In this document: in pieces, positions 49,368 to 58,948 of the stretch
Layout: the number at the start of each line of letters is the position of its first letter
How positions within the stretch are numbered: the stretch's first letter is position 1
NCBI GenBank assembly: GCA_902513515.1
Contig: CABXNE010000003.1
Span: 5,093-69,092, forward strand
DNA from: an uncultured SAR86 cluster bacterium
GTDB taxonomy: Bacteria; Pseudomonadota; Gammaproteobacteria; Magnimaribacterales; D2472
Direction of reading: 5' to 3'
DNA: 64,000 nt
Program-made: the position numbers and the translations under genes
The notes under the pieces: generated by a model
Databases searched by the model: none
What the model was told of the DNA's origin: nothing
The model's input: only the letters and a program-made list of their open reading frames with translations

Positions 49368-50794
49368 GTTGGGAAACCGTTATAGGGCTTGAAACACATG
49401 TTCAGCTCTCAACAAAAACAAAGTTATTTTCTAGAGCTTCAACAGCTTTTGGAGAAAGTCCAAATACAAATGTAAATCTAATTGATTGCGGACTCCCTGG
49501 GGTATTGCCATCAGTTAATAAAGAAGCTTTTTATAAGGCAATTCGCTTTGGAATGGCAGTAGATGCTCAAATTAATCAAACTTCTATTTTTGATCGGAAA
49601 AATTATTTTTATCCTGACTTGCCTAAAGGTTATCAAATCACTCAAATGGATTTACCAATTGTACTAGGCGGATCAATTGAAATTGCTATCGATAATTCAA
49701 TAAAAACGATAAATATTACCAGAGCGCATTTAGAAGAAGATGCAGGAAAATCAATTCATGATCAATTTGATGGTTACTCTGCAATTGATCTTAATCGTGC
49801 AGGAACCCCCCTTCTAGAAATTGTCTCAGAACCAGAAATTTCAAACGCAAAAGAAGCAGTTGCATATATGAAGGCAATGCATCAACTGGTAACTTACCTC
49901 GACGTATCTGATGGAAATATGGCTCAAGGCTCACTGAGATGCGATGCAAATGTATCAATTAGAAAAAAAGGTGATTCAGAGCTCGGAACAAGGACAGAAA
50001 TCAAAAATATCAATTCCTTCAAATTTATTGAGAAAGCTATTAATTATGAGATTAAAAGACAAATTAAAATTCTTGAAAACGGTAAAAAGGTTGTTCAAGA
50101 AACCAGGCTTTATGATAGTGTCAAAGATGAAACTCGACCAATGAGATCAAAAGAATTTGCAAATGACTATAGATATTTTCCTGAGCCTGATTTATTGCCA
50201 GTCGTTATTTCAAACCAAGAAATGCAAGACATCAAAGATAATTTTCCTGAGCTACCCAAAGATAAAGAAGCAAGATATGAGAAAGATTTCAAACTTTCAT
50301 CATATGACTCTAAAATCTTAGCATCTTCAAAATCCATGGCAGATTTTTTTGAAGATGCCGCCAAGAAAACAAAGAATTTTTCTTTGCTGTCTAATTGGAT
50401 GATAGGTGAAATTAGCGCGTTTTTAAATAAAGAAGCTATTGAGATTAATGAATCTCAATTAATTCCAAGCAATATTGCCATGCTGATTAATAGAATAGAT
50501 GATCAAACTATTTCTGGAAAAATTGGAAAGTCTATTTTTGAAGAGATGTGCTCTACCGGAGACTCTCCTGATCAAATTATTGAATCTCAAGGATTAAGGC
50601 AGTTATCGGATGATGGGGAAATAGAAAAATTAATAGATGCAGTTATAGAAGATCATTCTAAGCAAGTTGCAGCATATTTAGACGGCAAAGAGAAACTATT
50701 TGGATTTTTTGTCGGACAAGTTATGAAATTGACTGAAGGGAAGGCTAACCCTGAAACAGTTAATAAGATCCTAAAAGAAAAATTAAAGAAATAG
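49364..50794 (+). CDS. gatB: Asp/Glu-tRNA amidotransferase subunit B
   Basis: 476 aa. WETVIGLETHVQL, DRKNYFYPDLPKGYQITQ, NRAGTPLLEIVSEP. Confidence 0.96.
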   Translation: MSWETVIGLETHVQLSTKTKLFSRASTAFGESPNTNVNLIDCGLPGVLPSVNKEAFYKAIRFGMAVDAQINQTSIFDRKNYFYPDLPKGYQITQMDLPIVLGGSIEIAIDNSIKTINITRAHLEEDAGKSIHDQFDGYSAIDLNRAGTPLLEIVSEPEISNAKEAVAYMKAMHQLVTYLDVSDGNMAQGSLRCDANVSIRKKGDSELGTRTEIKNINSFKFIEKAINYEIKRQIKILENGKKVVQETRLYDSVKDETRPMRSKEFANDYRYFPEPDLLPVVISNQEMQDIKDNFPELPKDKEARYEKDFKLSSYDSKILASSKSMADFFEDAAKKTKNFSLLSNWMIGEISAFLNKEAIEINESQLIPSNIAMLINRIDDQTISGKIGKSIFEEMCSTGDSPDQIIESQGLRQLSDDGEIEKLIDAVIEDHSKQVAAYLDGKEKLFGFFVGQVMKLTEGKANPETVNKILKEKLKK

Positions 50795-50795
50795 T

Positions 50796-51647
50796 CTACC
50801 TTTTGAATGGATCAACTGTCATAGATATAACATTATTTGAGAAGTTTCCTTGTACACCAATATTTTTTAGTTGCTCATTCTTATCTTTTGGCCAATAAAA
50901 AGTTCTAAAAATATGATCCCATACTATAAGATTGTTTCCATAGTTATGGTTTGCTATTTCAGGTTCAAGATTATGATGCCACCTATGTAATTCTGGTCCA
51001 GAAAAAAAATAATTAAGCAGTCTTTGATCTTGCTCAGCATTAACATGTTGCCAGTATCCATGGACGGTACTAAAGATAGTAACTAAGGCAATAATTTTGC
51101 CTTCAGCCCCTAAAAGCAATAAAGGAACTGCTCCGCTAACCTGAAGCAATGTAACATCTAGATAATGAAATCTTGTTGCATTAAACCAGTAAAGTCTTTG
51201 AGGATTGTGGTGAATTTTGTGAAATCGCCAAAAGAAAGGAATCTCATGACAGCCCCTGTGAAACCAATAAAGTCCGAATTCTGAAATTACCAGCGCAAAA
51301 ACCAATTGGAGGACTATATTTAACTCTGTTGGCCATAGATCAAAACCCCCTCCAGAGAATCTAATTGCAATAGAAGCAAGAAAAATTTGCAATAATTGAC
51401 TTTGTAATAAAATATAATTAACAACAAAAAGTGAAGCGTCTGGAAAAAAATTTTCTTTAAAATTTGGCCTCCAATCCTTAAATAAAGGCGAAAAGAACTC
51501 GCCTAATACTGTAAAAAAAATAGAGCCTATAGCAGCAAAAAATAAGACCTGTAATTCACTATATCCAGATTCAATTAAAAAAATCGATGTGCCCACAATC
51601 GAGATGATGCAAATTAAATATCCAAATCTAGAAAACACTAGTTGCAT
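50796..51647 (-). CDS. fatty acid hydroxylase / sterol desaturase superfamily membrane di-iron protein
   Basis: 283 aa, polytopic. Histidine boxes HRGCHE, HKIHHN, HRWHHN. Confidence 0.8.
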   Translation of the reverse strand: MQLVFSRFGYLICIISIVGTSIFLIESGYSELQVLFFAAIGSIFFTVLGEFFSPLFKDWRPNFKENFFPDASLFVVNYILLQSQLLQIFLASIAIRFSGGGFDLWPTELNIVLQLVFALVISEFGLYWFHRGCHEIPFFWRFHKIHHNPQRLYWFNATRFHYLDVTLLQVSGAVPLLLLGAEGKIIALVTIFSTVHGYWQHVNAEQDQRLLNYFFSGPELHRWHHNLEPEIANHNYGNNLIVWDHIFRTFYWPKDKNEQLKNIGVQGNFSNNVISMTVDPFKR

Positions 51648-52663
51648 AAATCAATCATGACCTTTGAAGCCAAATTCCCATCTTTTGCTAACTCAAAAGC
51701 CTTTTTATGATCTTGAATCTTGCATTTATGGCTAATAAATTTACTTTGATCAATCATATCTTTTGATAATATCTCCAAAGATTCAAGAAATTCCTTATTT
51801 GAATAAGCCATAGAGCATGTAATTTCAAGCTCACGCATCAACACTGATCTAAAATCTATCAAGGCTTGCTCCTGATGCAAGCCAGTAACCACAATCCTTG
51901 TATGTTTTTTTGAAAGATTAATAATATTGCTAATCAATTTATGATTTCCAGTGCAATCAATAAACACATCTGTATTTGAAACCGGAATACCAAATACCTC
52001 CCCTTCTCCATGAAATTCTTTTAATGCATCAGTAAAACTCTCCCAATCAGCATATGCTTTTACTGCATTCAAACCGTTTGCATTTAAAACTCTTAAACTA
52101 TAAAGGTCTACTGCAATTATGTTTTTATATCCAAAATAACTTAATAATGTAACCACAGAAAATCCAATGCAGCCCAAGCCACAAACAGCTATTTTGGAAT
52201 CTAGACCTAAATTTGAGCGATTAATTGTTCTTAAGGCAACTGCAAAAGGCTCTACCAATGCACCTATTTCAAAAGACATATCATCTGGTAATTTAAAAAT
52301 ACTTTCATTCAAAACAGCATTTTTTACTAATAGGAAATTTGTCATGCCTCCTTCTGTTCCGCCATTTCCTATACTGTTATTATTTCCCATAGGATTGATA
52401 GCTACCCTATCATTAACATTAATATCTTTTATATCAGACCCAATTTCAATAACTATTCCCGACATCTCATGTCCAAGTGGCATTGGCTCTTTTTGGGGGC
52501 CCATCAACCCACCCGATGACAAGTAACTTAAATCAGTTCCACATATCCCACAGTACTTAATGGCAACAATTAAGTCATTTGACCCCAAAGAGGGATAATC
52601 AACTAAATCAAGGGATAATGTATTAGGAGCCTGAATATTAAGTTGATGGGTTTTCTTATTCAT
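51638..52663 (-). CDS. zinc-dependent alcohol dehydrogenase (MDR family)
   Basis: 341 aa. GICGTDL, GHEMSG, Rossmann VCGLGCIG. Confidence 0.85.
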   Translation of the reverse strand: MNKKTHQLNIQAPNTLSLDLVDYPSLGSNDLIVAIKYCGICGTDLSYLSSGGLMGPQKEPMPLGHEMSGIVIEIGSDIKDINVNDRVAINPMGNNNSIGNGGTEGGMTNFLLVKNAVLNESIFKLPDDMSFEIGALVEPFAVALRTINRSNLGLDSKIAVCGLGCIGFSVVTLLSYFGYKNIIAVDLYSLRVLNANGLNAVKAYADWESFTDALKEFHGEGEVFGIPVSNTDVFIDCTGNHKLISNIINLSKKHTRIVVTGLHQEQALIDFRSVLMRELEITCSMAYSNKEFLESLEILSKDMIDQSKFISHKCKIQDHKKAFELAKDGNLASKVMIDLCN

Positions 52664-53936
52664 GTAATTTATTTTTTGTTTCTTCTATTTCAAACTCTAA
52701 CCACTTAACTATCCACCGATTTGAATTTTTTTGAGCTTCTTTTAGTAAAATTTCATGGATGTTTAAATACATTTTTAATGCTTCTTCATTATTATCTGAT
52801 GCAATAATAATTTCAGATATATGAATTGCTTTTAAATATTCATTCTTGTCAATCAGATCTTTTATCTTTTTTAGAGCTATTTTTTCATCAATTAAATCAT
52901 TTAAATCAGGAAAAATAGTTTGGGGAGAGTAAGAATATAATTCTGTTGTTGAGCTATGTCTAAACCAGCCTGTATATCCCTCGTAAATAGAACGAATAGC
53001 CCATTCAACGGTCCCATATCCCTCTCCAGCTGACAATTCTTTTGGCAAAACTATCTCTTGCATTAATGCAAACATGTCTTTTCCAGTATTAATACCTTCT
53101 ACTGTTTTAGTGTGTATGTATTCCACTGCATCATGAAGATTTTTTACTTCATTATGTATTAATTTTTGTCCCTCAACTGGTTTAAAGTGGCCTGTGATTA
53201 ATATCTCTGGATTAAGTTCTAAAACCTTTTTACACATATCCAGATATGGAATTGCAAATCTAATCCTGTCTCCGCGTATAGTGCAAAAATTTGGAATATG
53301 TGGAAACAAAGGCCCAAAGGCATTTCCAGAAAAAAGAATTTGATGTTGAGGCAGATAAATTAAAAGAGCGTCCAAAGTTTCTCCACCTGGAACAGAATAT
53401 AATTCTAAATCAAGCCCCCCTAAAGAGAATTTATATTCATCTTTAAATAAGATATCTGGCTCAGCAATTGATTGAATGTCTTTAAAGCCCATTTTTTCTG
53501 CTTTGGCTATAGCATCATTCATAAGATCTATCATTTCACCAAAAAACTTGTAAGCATTTAATACCCTTCCACCTTGGGTTAATGAATCAAAAGATTGGTG
53601 CTCAATAATATTCTCTTGTGCAATTAGGGTTGCGTCAGGATTATATTCTTTAAAAAAACCTGATCCCCCGACATGATCCACATGACCTTGAGTGTAAATA
53701 ATGTATTTAATTTCTTTATTATTCACTTGATCAAAACAATGTTTGTGAATTGGAGCTTCTACACCTAGTCCAGTATTTATTAAAATATTTCCTTCACATG
53801 TTTCTATCAAATAGCTATTGCTAGCCCCTTCAGATAAAAAAATAAAATCATTTATTTGAAAAGGTTTTGACTGGCTTGCTGGTTTTATATCTAAAGATCC
53901 AGGCCTTTTATTGATAAGTAAAGATCCCATATTCAC
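52656..53936 (-). CDS. metallo-beta-lactamase-fold protein, alkyl-sulfatase-like (MBL plus dimerisation domain, no SCP-2 tail)
   Basis: 426 aa. The MBL motif reads TQGHVDHVGG, so the first His of HxHxDH is Gln. Downstream, GYGTVEWAIRSIYEGYTGWF and the helical tail resemble the alkyl-sulfatase dimerisation domain (SdsA1/BDS1 type). Confidence 0.6.
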   Translation of the reverse strand: MNMGSLLINKRPGSLDIKPASQSKPFQINDFIFLSEGASNSYLIETCEGNILINTGLGVEAPIHKHCFDQVNNKEIKYIIYTQGHVDHVGGSGFFKEYNPDATLIAQENIIEHQSFDSLTQGGRVLNAYKFFGEMIDLMNDAIAKAEKMGFKDIQSIAEPDILFKDEYKFSLGGLDLELYSVPGGETLDALLIYLPQHQILFSGNAFGPLFPHIPNFCTIRGDRIRFAIPYLDMCKKVLELNPEILITGHFKPVEGQKLIHNEVKNLHDAVEYIHTKTVEGINTGKDMFALMQEIVLPKELSAGEGYGTVEWAIRSIYEGYTGWFRHSSTTELYSYSPQTIFPDLNDLIDEKIALKKIKDLIDKNEYLKAIHISEIIIASDNNEEALKMYLNIHEILLKEAQKNSNRWIVKWLEFEIEETKNKLHE

Positions 53937-54704
53937 ATGTTATTATATTTATTCATGAGCAACATCTCTTTTGATTATTCTAATACAGATATTCTTGTTA
54001 CAGGCGGAACAAGTGGTATTGGCAAGGCTATTGCAGAGGCTTATTTAGCTTCAGGAGCAAATGTAACAATTACCGGAACAAAATCCTCCTTAGAGGAATA
54101 TAAAGATATCCCAAAAGAATTTTCTTACATTAAATTGAACCTAGAAGATAAAAAAAATATTGATGATATTAAAAAATCTATAAAAAAATTAGACATTCTT
54201 ATTAATAATGGTGGCCTAAGTTTTCCAGACGGAAAAAGTGAGGATGATCCAGATATCTTTGATAGAGCTGTATATATTCACCTAAACAGCTTTTATAGAT
54301 TATCTAATTTACTGCAACCTGTTTTAATGAAATCTAATCTTCAAGGAGGCGCATCTATTATTGGCATAGCTTCAATGACATCTTTTTTTGGAATGCCAAT
54401 TGTTCCAGGTTATGGAGCTGGTAAAGGTGGTTTGGTTCAACTTATAAAGACTTTATCAATGAAATGGGCCGATCAATCAATTCGGGTTAATGCTGTAGCT
54501 GCCGGATATATAAAAACTAGAATGACTGAACCCATCATCAATTCAGAAGAATTTTCAAAAGATATATTAAATAGAATTGCATTAAAAAAATTTGGGGATC
54601 CTGCTGATATAGCTAATGCTGTATTATTTCTAACATCTCCTTCAGCAAAATACATCACTGGTGAAACTATAAGGGTTGATGGAGGGTACTCAATTTCCGG
54701 CTAA
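53937..54704 (+). CDS. short-chain dehydrogenase/reductase (SDR)
   Basis: 255 aa. VTGGTSGIGKA, NNGG, catalytic YGAGKGG. The real start may be the ATG at 53955 (MSNISFD...). Confidence 0.88.
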   Translation: MLLYLFMSNISFDYSNTDILVTGGTSGIGKAIAEAYLASGANVTITGTKSSLEEYKDIPKEFSYIKLNLEDKKNIDDIKKSIKKLDILINNGGLSFPDGKSEDDPDIFDRAVYIHLNSFYRLSNLLQPVLMKSNLQGGASIIGIASMTSFFGMPIVPGYGAGKGGLVQLIKTLSMKWADQSIRVNAVAAGYIKTRMTEPIINSEEFSKDILNRIALKKFGDPADIANAVLFLTSPSAKYITGETIRVDGGYSISG

Positions 54705-54706
54705 AG

Positions 54707-55951
54707 ATGTCAAAAAAAATTAAAATCGAGGATTTGGCAAATCCGATGCTAACGGAATTTCAAAAAGTTGCAAAAGATTACGGTGAGACGATTAAATTAG
54801 AGCTAAGTCCTGAGGCTGCAATCAATGAAGCATGTAAGAATTCAGGCCTTAAAGACTTCGGAGATGAAGATTTTATTTCCAGGTTAGATGTTTTGATGCG
54901 GTCAATTTCAAATGATGAAGGATTAGCAGGGATAGGAAAACTCGGTATATTTAATGATCAAGTTAGATATCTGGAGAATAGGCTAAAATTTGAAAAATTT
55001 AAGAAAGAGTTCCCTGAATATCAAGAAGAAATTATCTCTAAACCCATTATTATTATAGGTCTACCTAGATCTGGTACCACACACCTTCTAAACCTTATAG
55101 CATCAGATTCAAGATTAAAATCCCTGCCATATTGGCAAAGTCTAAGACCATTTAAGGAAAAATTACTAGATCTAGAAAATGATCAAGACTCTAGACAAGA
55201 AGAAGCTTTTAAAGAGTATGAAAGTTTTCTACAGACTATGCCTTTACTTAAGTCAATGCATGATATGCATCCGAATCATATTCATGAAGAGATTGAGCTT
55301 CAAGCCATTGATTTTTCAACTTATCTTCCTGAATGGCTGGCATATGTTCCTGAGTGGAGGGATTATTACCTAACACACGATCAAATTAATCATTATCAAT
55401 ATCTAAGGGATGTCTTGAAGGCCATGCAATTCATTCAAGGGCCTAAAAAATGGGTGCTAAAATCACCTCAACATCTAGAACAAATACCCTCTCTACTTAA
55501 AACTTTTCCAGATGCAACTTTTGCAATTACTTATAGAGATCCATTATCAGTAGTGCTATCAACGGCAACAATGCTTTCATATGGAGATAGGGTTAGGAGA
55601 TATAAAGTAGAACCAGAAAATAATTTTAATTATTGGCATAATCGAATTAAAACTCTCTTAGAGAGATTTACAGAAGACTATCAATTAATTTCTGCAGATC
55701 AAAAATGTGATATCTTTTTTCAAGACCTGATAAAAGATAATCTTAATAGCGTTAAGAACATCTATTCAAAAAATTCTTTTAAGTTCGATAAGCTCGCAAA
55801 CGATGAAATTAAGGAATATATGAATTCAAATAAAAGAGGTAAACACGGACAAGTTATATATAACTTGGAAGAGTTTGGCGTGGATAAATCAGAGTTCTAT
55901 GAATCTTTTAAATTTTATTTTGATGAATTTGATGTATTAAAAGAAATTTAA
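54707..55951 (+). CDS. sulfotransferase family protein (PAPS-dependent fold) with an N-terminal extension of about 100 aa
   Basis: 414 aa. 5'-PSB loop IIIIGLPRSGTTHLLNLI, downstream KSPQHL and YRDPLSVV segments typical of Sulfotransfer_1/3-type enzymes. 2 nt after the SDR stop. Confidence 0.7.
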   Translation: MSKKIKIEDLANPMLTEFQKVAKDYGETIKLELSPEAAINEACKNSGLKDFGDEDFISRLDVLMRSISNDEGLAGIGKLGIFNDQVRYLENRLKFEKFKKEFPEYQEEIISKPIIIIGLPRSGTTHLLNLIASDSRLKSLPYWQSLRPFKEKLLDLENDQDSRQEEAFKEYESFLQTMPLLKSMHDMHPNHIHEEIELQAIDFSTYLPEWLAYVPEWRDYYLTHDQINHYQYLRDVLKAMQFIQGPKKWVLKSPQHLEQIPSLLKTFPDATFAITYRDPLSVVLSTATMLSYGDRVRRYKVEPENNFNYWHNRIKTLLERFTEDYQLISADQKCDIFFQDLIKDNLNSVKNIYSKNSFKFDKLANDEIKEYMNSNKRGKHGQVIYNLEEFGVDKSEFYESFKFYFDEFDVLKEI

Positions 55952-56406
55952 GTGATCCACATTGACAACGTTTCTGCAATATAGGCTGGTTTTTCAACAC
56001 CCTCTATCTCCATTGTTACAGAAGCTTTCACAAGATATTGTCCCGGATTTTTTTCTATAATATCCAAAATTGTCGTGTTAAGCCTAACCCTTGAGTCAAC
56101 AGCCACCGGGCTTAAAAAGCGGACTTTATCTAGTCCATAATTTAAACCCATTTTTGCTCCTTCAACCACTAATGCTGTATCTTTACCAAGGCCAGCAACT
56201 AGTGAAAGTGAGAGAAAACCATGTGCAATTGTTGAACCGAAAATAGGCGTAGCTTGTTCTGAGTTAACATGAATAAATTGATGATCTTCTGTAGCATCTG
56301 CAAATTTGTTAATTCTGTCCTGATCAACTTTAAACCACTCAGTGGTTCCTAAGTCCTTTCCAACATAATCTTTTAAATCTTCAGGTTTGACTATTGTTAT
56401 TGCCAT
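55948..56406 (-). CDS. MaoC-like (R)-specific enoyl-CoA hydratase / dehydratase (hot-dog fold)
   Basis: 152 aa. DQDRINKFADATEDHQFIHV...IAHGFL is the classic MaoC motif. Confidence 0.85.
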   Translation of the reverse strand: MAITIVKPEDLKDYVGKDLGTTEWFKVDQDRINKFADATEDHQFIHVNSEQATPIFGSTIAHGFLSLSLVAGLGKDTALVVEGAKMGLNYGLDKVRFLSPVAVDSRVRLNTTILDIIEKNPGQYLVKASVTMEIEGVEKPAYIAETLSMWIT

Positions 56407-56407
56407 T

Positions 56408-58024
56408 TTATTTCTCCATTAAATGATCTTTATATTCTTCTCTTAATTCAACTTTTAATAATTTTCCGGTTGCTCCGTGAGGAAGTTCTTTTACAAAAAT
56501 AATATCATCGGGCAACCACCACTTAACAACCTTTTCTAATAAGAAATCATTGATTTCCTGCTTATTAATATCATTTCCATCTTTAGTAATTAAGAATAGT
56601 AAAGGTCTCTCATCCCACTTAGGATGTGGAACTCCCACAACACATGCTTCAAGAACATTTTCATGAGTTAGTACAGCATTTTCTAGATCAATTGAACTAA
56701 TCCACTCTCCGCCAGTCTTAATAACATCTTTTGCTCTATCAACAATCTGCATACACCCATCTGGATGAATAGTTGCGACATCTCCAGTATCAAACCAACC
56801 CCCCTCATCTAAGGCAGGACCGTCTGCCTTATAATATCTATGCATTATCCATGGCCCTTTCACCTTTAGAGCACCACTAGCCTCTCCGTCTCTTGGAAGT
56901 TCATTATTTTCATCATCAACGGTCTTAATCTCTACGCCAAACATCGGATAGCCTTGTTTGGTTTGAAGCTGATATCTTTCTTCTTTGGGAAGACTCATAG
57001 CTTTCTTGGTTGGAGCATTTAAAGTTCCAAGAGGACTCATTTCTGTCATTCCCCATCCATGAGTTAAAAATGCATCATGCTGTTCATCAAATGCCTTAAT
57101 CATTGCATATGGCGCTGCAGAACCTCCAACCAAAACTTGATCGACTGTGTCAAGCTTTAAGCCTTTTCCTTCAAGATACTGCAATAGTCCAAGCCATACA
57201 GTTGGAACACCCAACATAGAATCAACTGATTCTTGCTTTACTAACTCATACAAGGACTCTCCATCCAGAGCATGGCAAGGCAATACCAAAGTTATTCCGA
57301 GGATTAATGCGCAATAAGGCACACCCCAAGCATTAACATGAAACATAGGAACAACTGGTAAGACTGAGCTAGAAGAGTCGAAACCCATAGCTCCAGATAC
57401 AGAAATTGCATGCAAAATAGTTGACCTATGAGAATATAAGACCCCCTTAGGATTGCCAGTAGTTCCTGAGGTATAACACAAAGCAACTGCATCATCTTCA
57501 CTTAATTCAGGCCAAACGTATTCATCTGATTCATCTTGAATTAATTCATCATAGCTTAATGCATTTTTTAAATTATTTTCTGGAATAGCATCTTTTGGTG
57601 AGGCAATAATTATCGATTTCACTGTATCTAATTTATCTTGAACGCTCTCCACAAGTGGAATAAATGTAGGATCGACAATTAAAACCTCGTCCTCTGCATG
57701 ATTAAGTATGTATATTAACTGATCAGGGGAATATCTTGGATTTAAAGTATGTAGGATAGCTCCCATACCAGAAACAGCAAAATAGGTTTCAAAGTGCCTA
57801 CTGTTATTCCAGGCAATAGTTGCAACTCGATCATGTGCATTTATACCAAGTTTTGCAAGGGCATTAGCAAGCTTCTTAGATCGTTTAATTGACTCTCCAT
57901 ATGTAGTCGAATTTATTGAACCATCTAGTTCTCGTGAAACTAATTTGCCATCAAAATTATATTTTTCTGCATGTAAAATTGCCTGAGGGATAGTTAAATC
58001 CCAATTCATCATATTGCCTTTCAT
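56408..58024 (-). CDS. medium/long-chain fatty-acid--CoA ligase (AMP-binding superfamily)
   Basis: 538 aa. AMP motif [25 protein letters not shown]-terminal GKLLK. Confidence 0.88.
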   Translation of the reverse strand: MKGNMMNWDLTIPQAILHAEKYNFDGKLVSRELDGSINSTTYGESIKRSKKLANALAKLGINAHDRVATIAWNNSRHFETYFAVSGMGAILHTLNPRYSPDQLIYILNHAEDEVLIVDPTFIPLVESVQDKLDTVKSIIIASPKDAIPENNLKNALSYDELIQDESDEYVWPELSEDDAVALCYTSGTTGNPKGVLYSHRSTILHAISVSGAMGFDSSSSVLPVVPMFHVNAWGVPYCALILGITLVLPCHALDGESLYELVKQESVDSMLGVPTVWLGLLQYLEGKGLKLDTVDQVLVGGSAAPYAMIKAFDEQHDAFLTHGWGMTEMSPLGTLNAPTKKAMSLPKEERYQLQTKQGYPMFGVEIKTVDDENNELPRDGEASGALKVKGPWIMHRYYKADGPALDEGGWFDTGDVATIHPDGCMQIVDRAKDVIKTGGEWISSIDLENAVLTHENVLEACVVGVPHPKWDERPLLFLITKDGNDINKQEINDFLLEKVVKWWLPDDIIFVKELPHGATGKLLKVELREEYKDHLMEK

Positions 58025-58069
58025 TAAAATAACCCCTTTATTTAGTACTAATCTTTTAGGTTTTAATTG

Positions 58070-58086
58070 GCAGGATTGTATCCTGC
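58070..58086. promoter_or_regulatory. perfect 7-3-7 palindrome GCAGGAT-TGT-ATCCTGC between prmC and the acyl-CoA ligase gene (operator or terminator stem)
   Basis: Read directly. It lies 46-62 nt upstream of the ligase ATG (58024) and 41-57 nt downstream of the prmC stop (58127). No U-tract follows on the minus strand. Confidence 0.3.
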
Positions 58087-58126
58087 ATTAACTTTAAAGA
58101 ATAAATCTTATCATATGAAAATAATA

Positions 58127-58948
58127 TTATTTATTTGCATATGTATATCTATCTAATCCCTGAAGATCTTGCATAGAGATAATATTTTTAAAGCCAAACT
58201 CTTTTAAAATATTTGAAACCTCCTCTGCTTGGGAGCAACCATGTTCAAATATAATTTTCCCCCCTGACTTTAAAGAATATATTCCCTGTGTGGCGATTTC
58301 ATAAAAACTTTGAGATCCATTATCAGAGGTCAATGCAATGAGTGGCTCATGTTTCAAATCGGCAAGATGTGCATCGTTTGATTTTAAGTATGGTGGATTG
58401 GAAATAATTAAATCAAGAGAATTTTTAGCGGCACAAGACATCCAATTAGACTGAACAAAAGTTACATTGTTAGCATGATGCTTTTCTCTATTGAGGACAG
58501 CTACCTCTAATGCTTCTTCTGAAATATCTGTAGCAAGAATTTTAAGGTTTTCATTTTTTAAACAAATTGATATAGCGATACATCCGGAACCTGTTCCAAC
58601 CTCACAAATTGTTGAATTTTTATTTAGCGATAAATCCAAAGCCCACTCAACAATTAATTCTGTTTCTGGTCGAGGAATTAATACTCTTGAGTCAACATAA
58701 AATTTATATCCCATGAATTCTGACTCATTCAAAATGTAATCTAGAGGAATGCCGGAGAAGTAAGATGAAAAAAAAGTGTCGAGTTTTGGGGCTGCCTCCG
58801 CTGATAAATCATACTCATCTTCTAGGGCAAGGGTGGCATCGCTTATTCCAAGAGACCTCAAGAAATATTTTAGGTCTCGTAAAATATTTTGATGCTGAGA
58901 TTCTTTTGATCGAGCGAGAGTAAAATAATATTTAAGGCTGTGATTCAA
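58127..58948 (-). CDS. prmC: release-factor glutamine N5-methyltransferase
   Basis: 273 aa. SAM motif CEVGTGSGCIA, catalytic NPPY (IISNPPYL). Lies directly after prfA with a 0-nt gap. Confidence 0.93.
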   Translation of the reverse strand: MNHSLKYYFTLARSKESQHQNILRDLKYFLRSLGISDATLALEDEYDLSAEAAPKLDTFFSSYFSGIPLDYILNESEFMGYKFYVDSRVLIPRPETELIVEWALDLSLNKNSTICEVGTGSGCIAISICLKNENLKILATDISEEALEVAVLNREKHHANNVTFVQSNWMSCAAKNSLDLIISNPPYLKSNDAHLADLKHEPLIALTSDNGSQSFYEIATQGIYSLKSGGKIIFEHGCSQAEEVSNILKEFGFKNIISMQDLQGLDRYTYANK

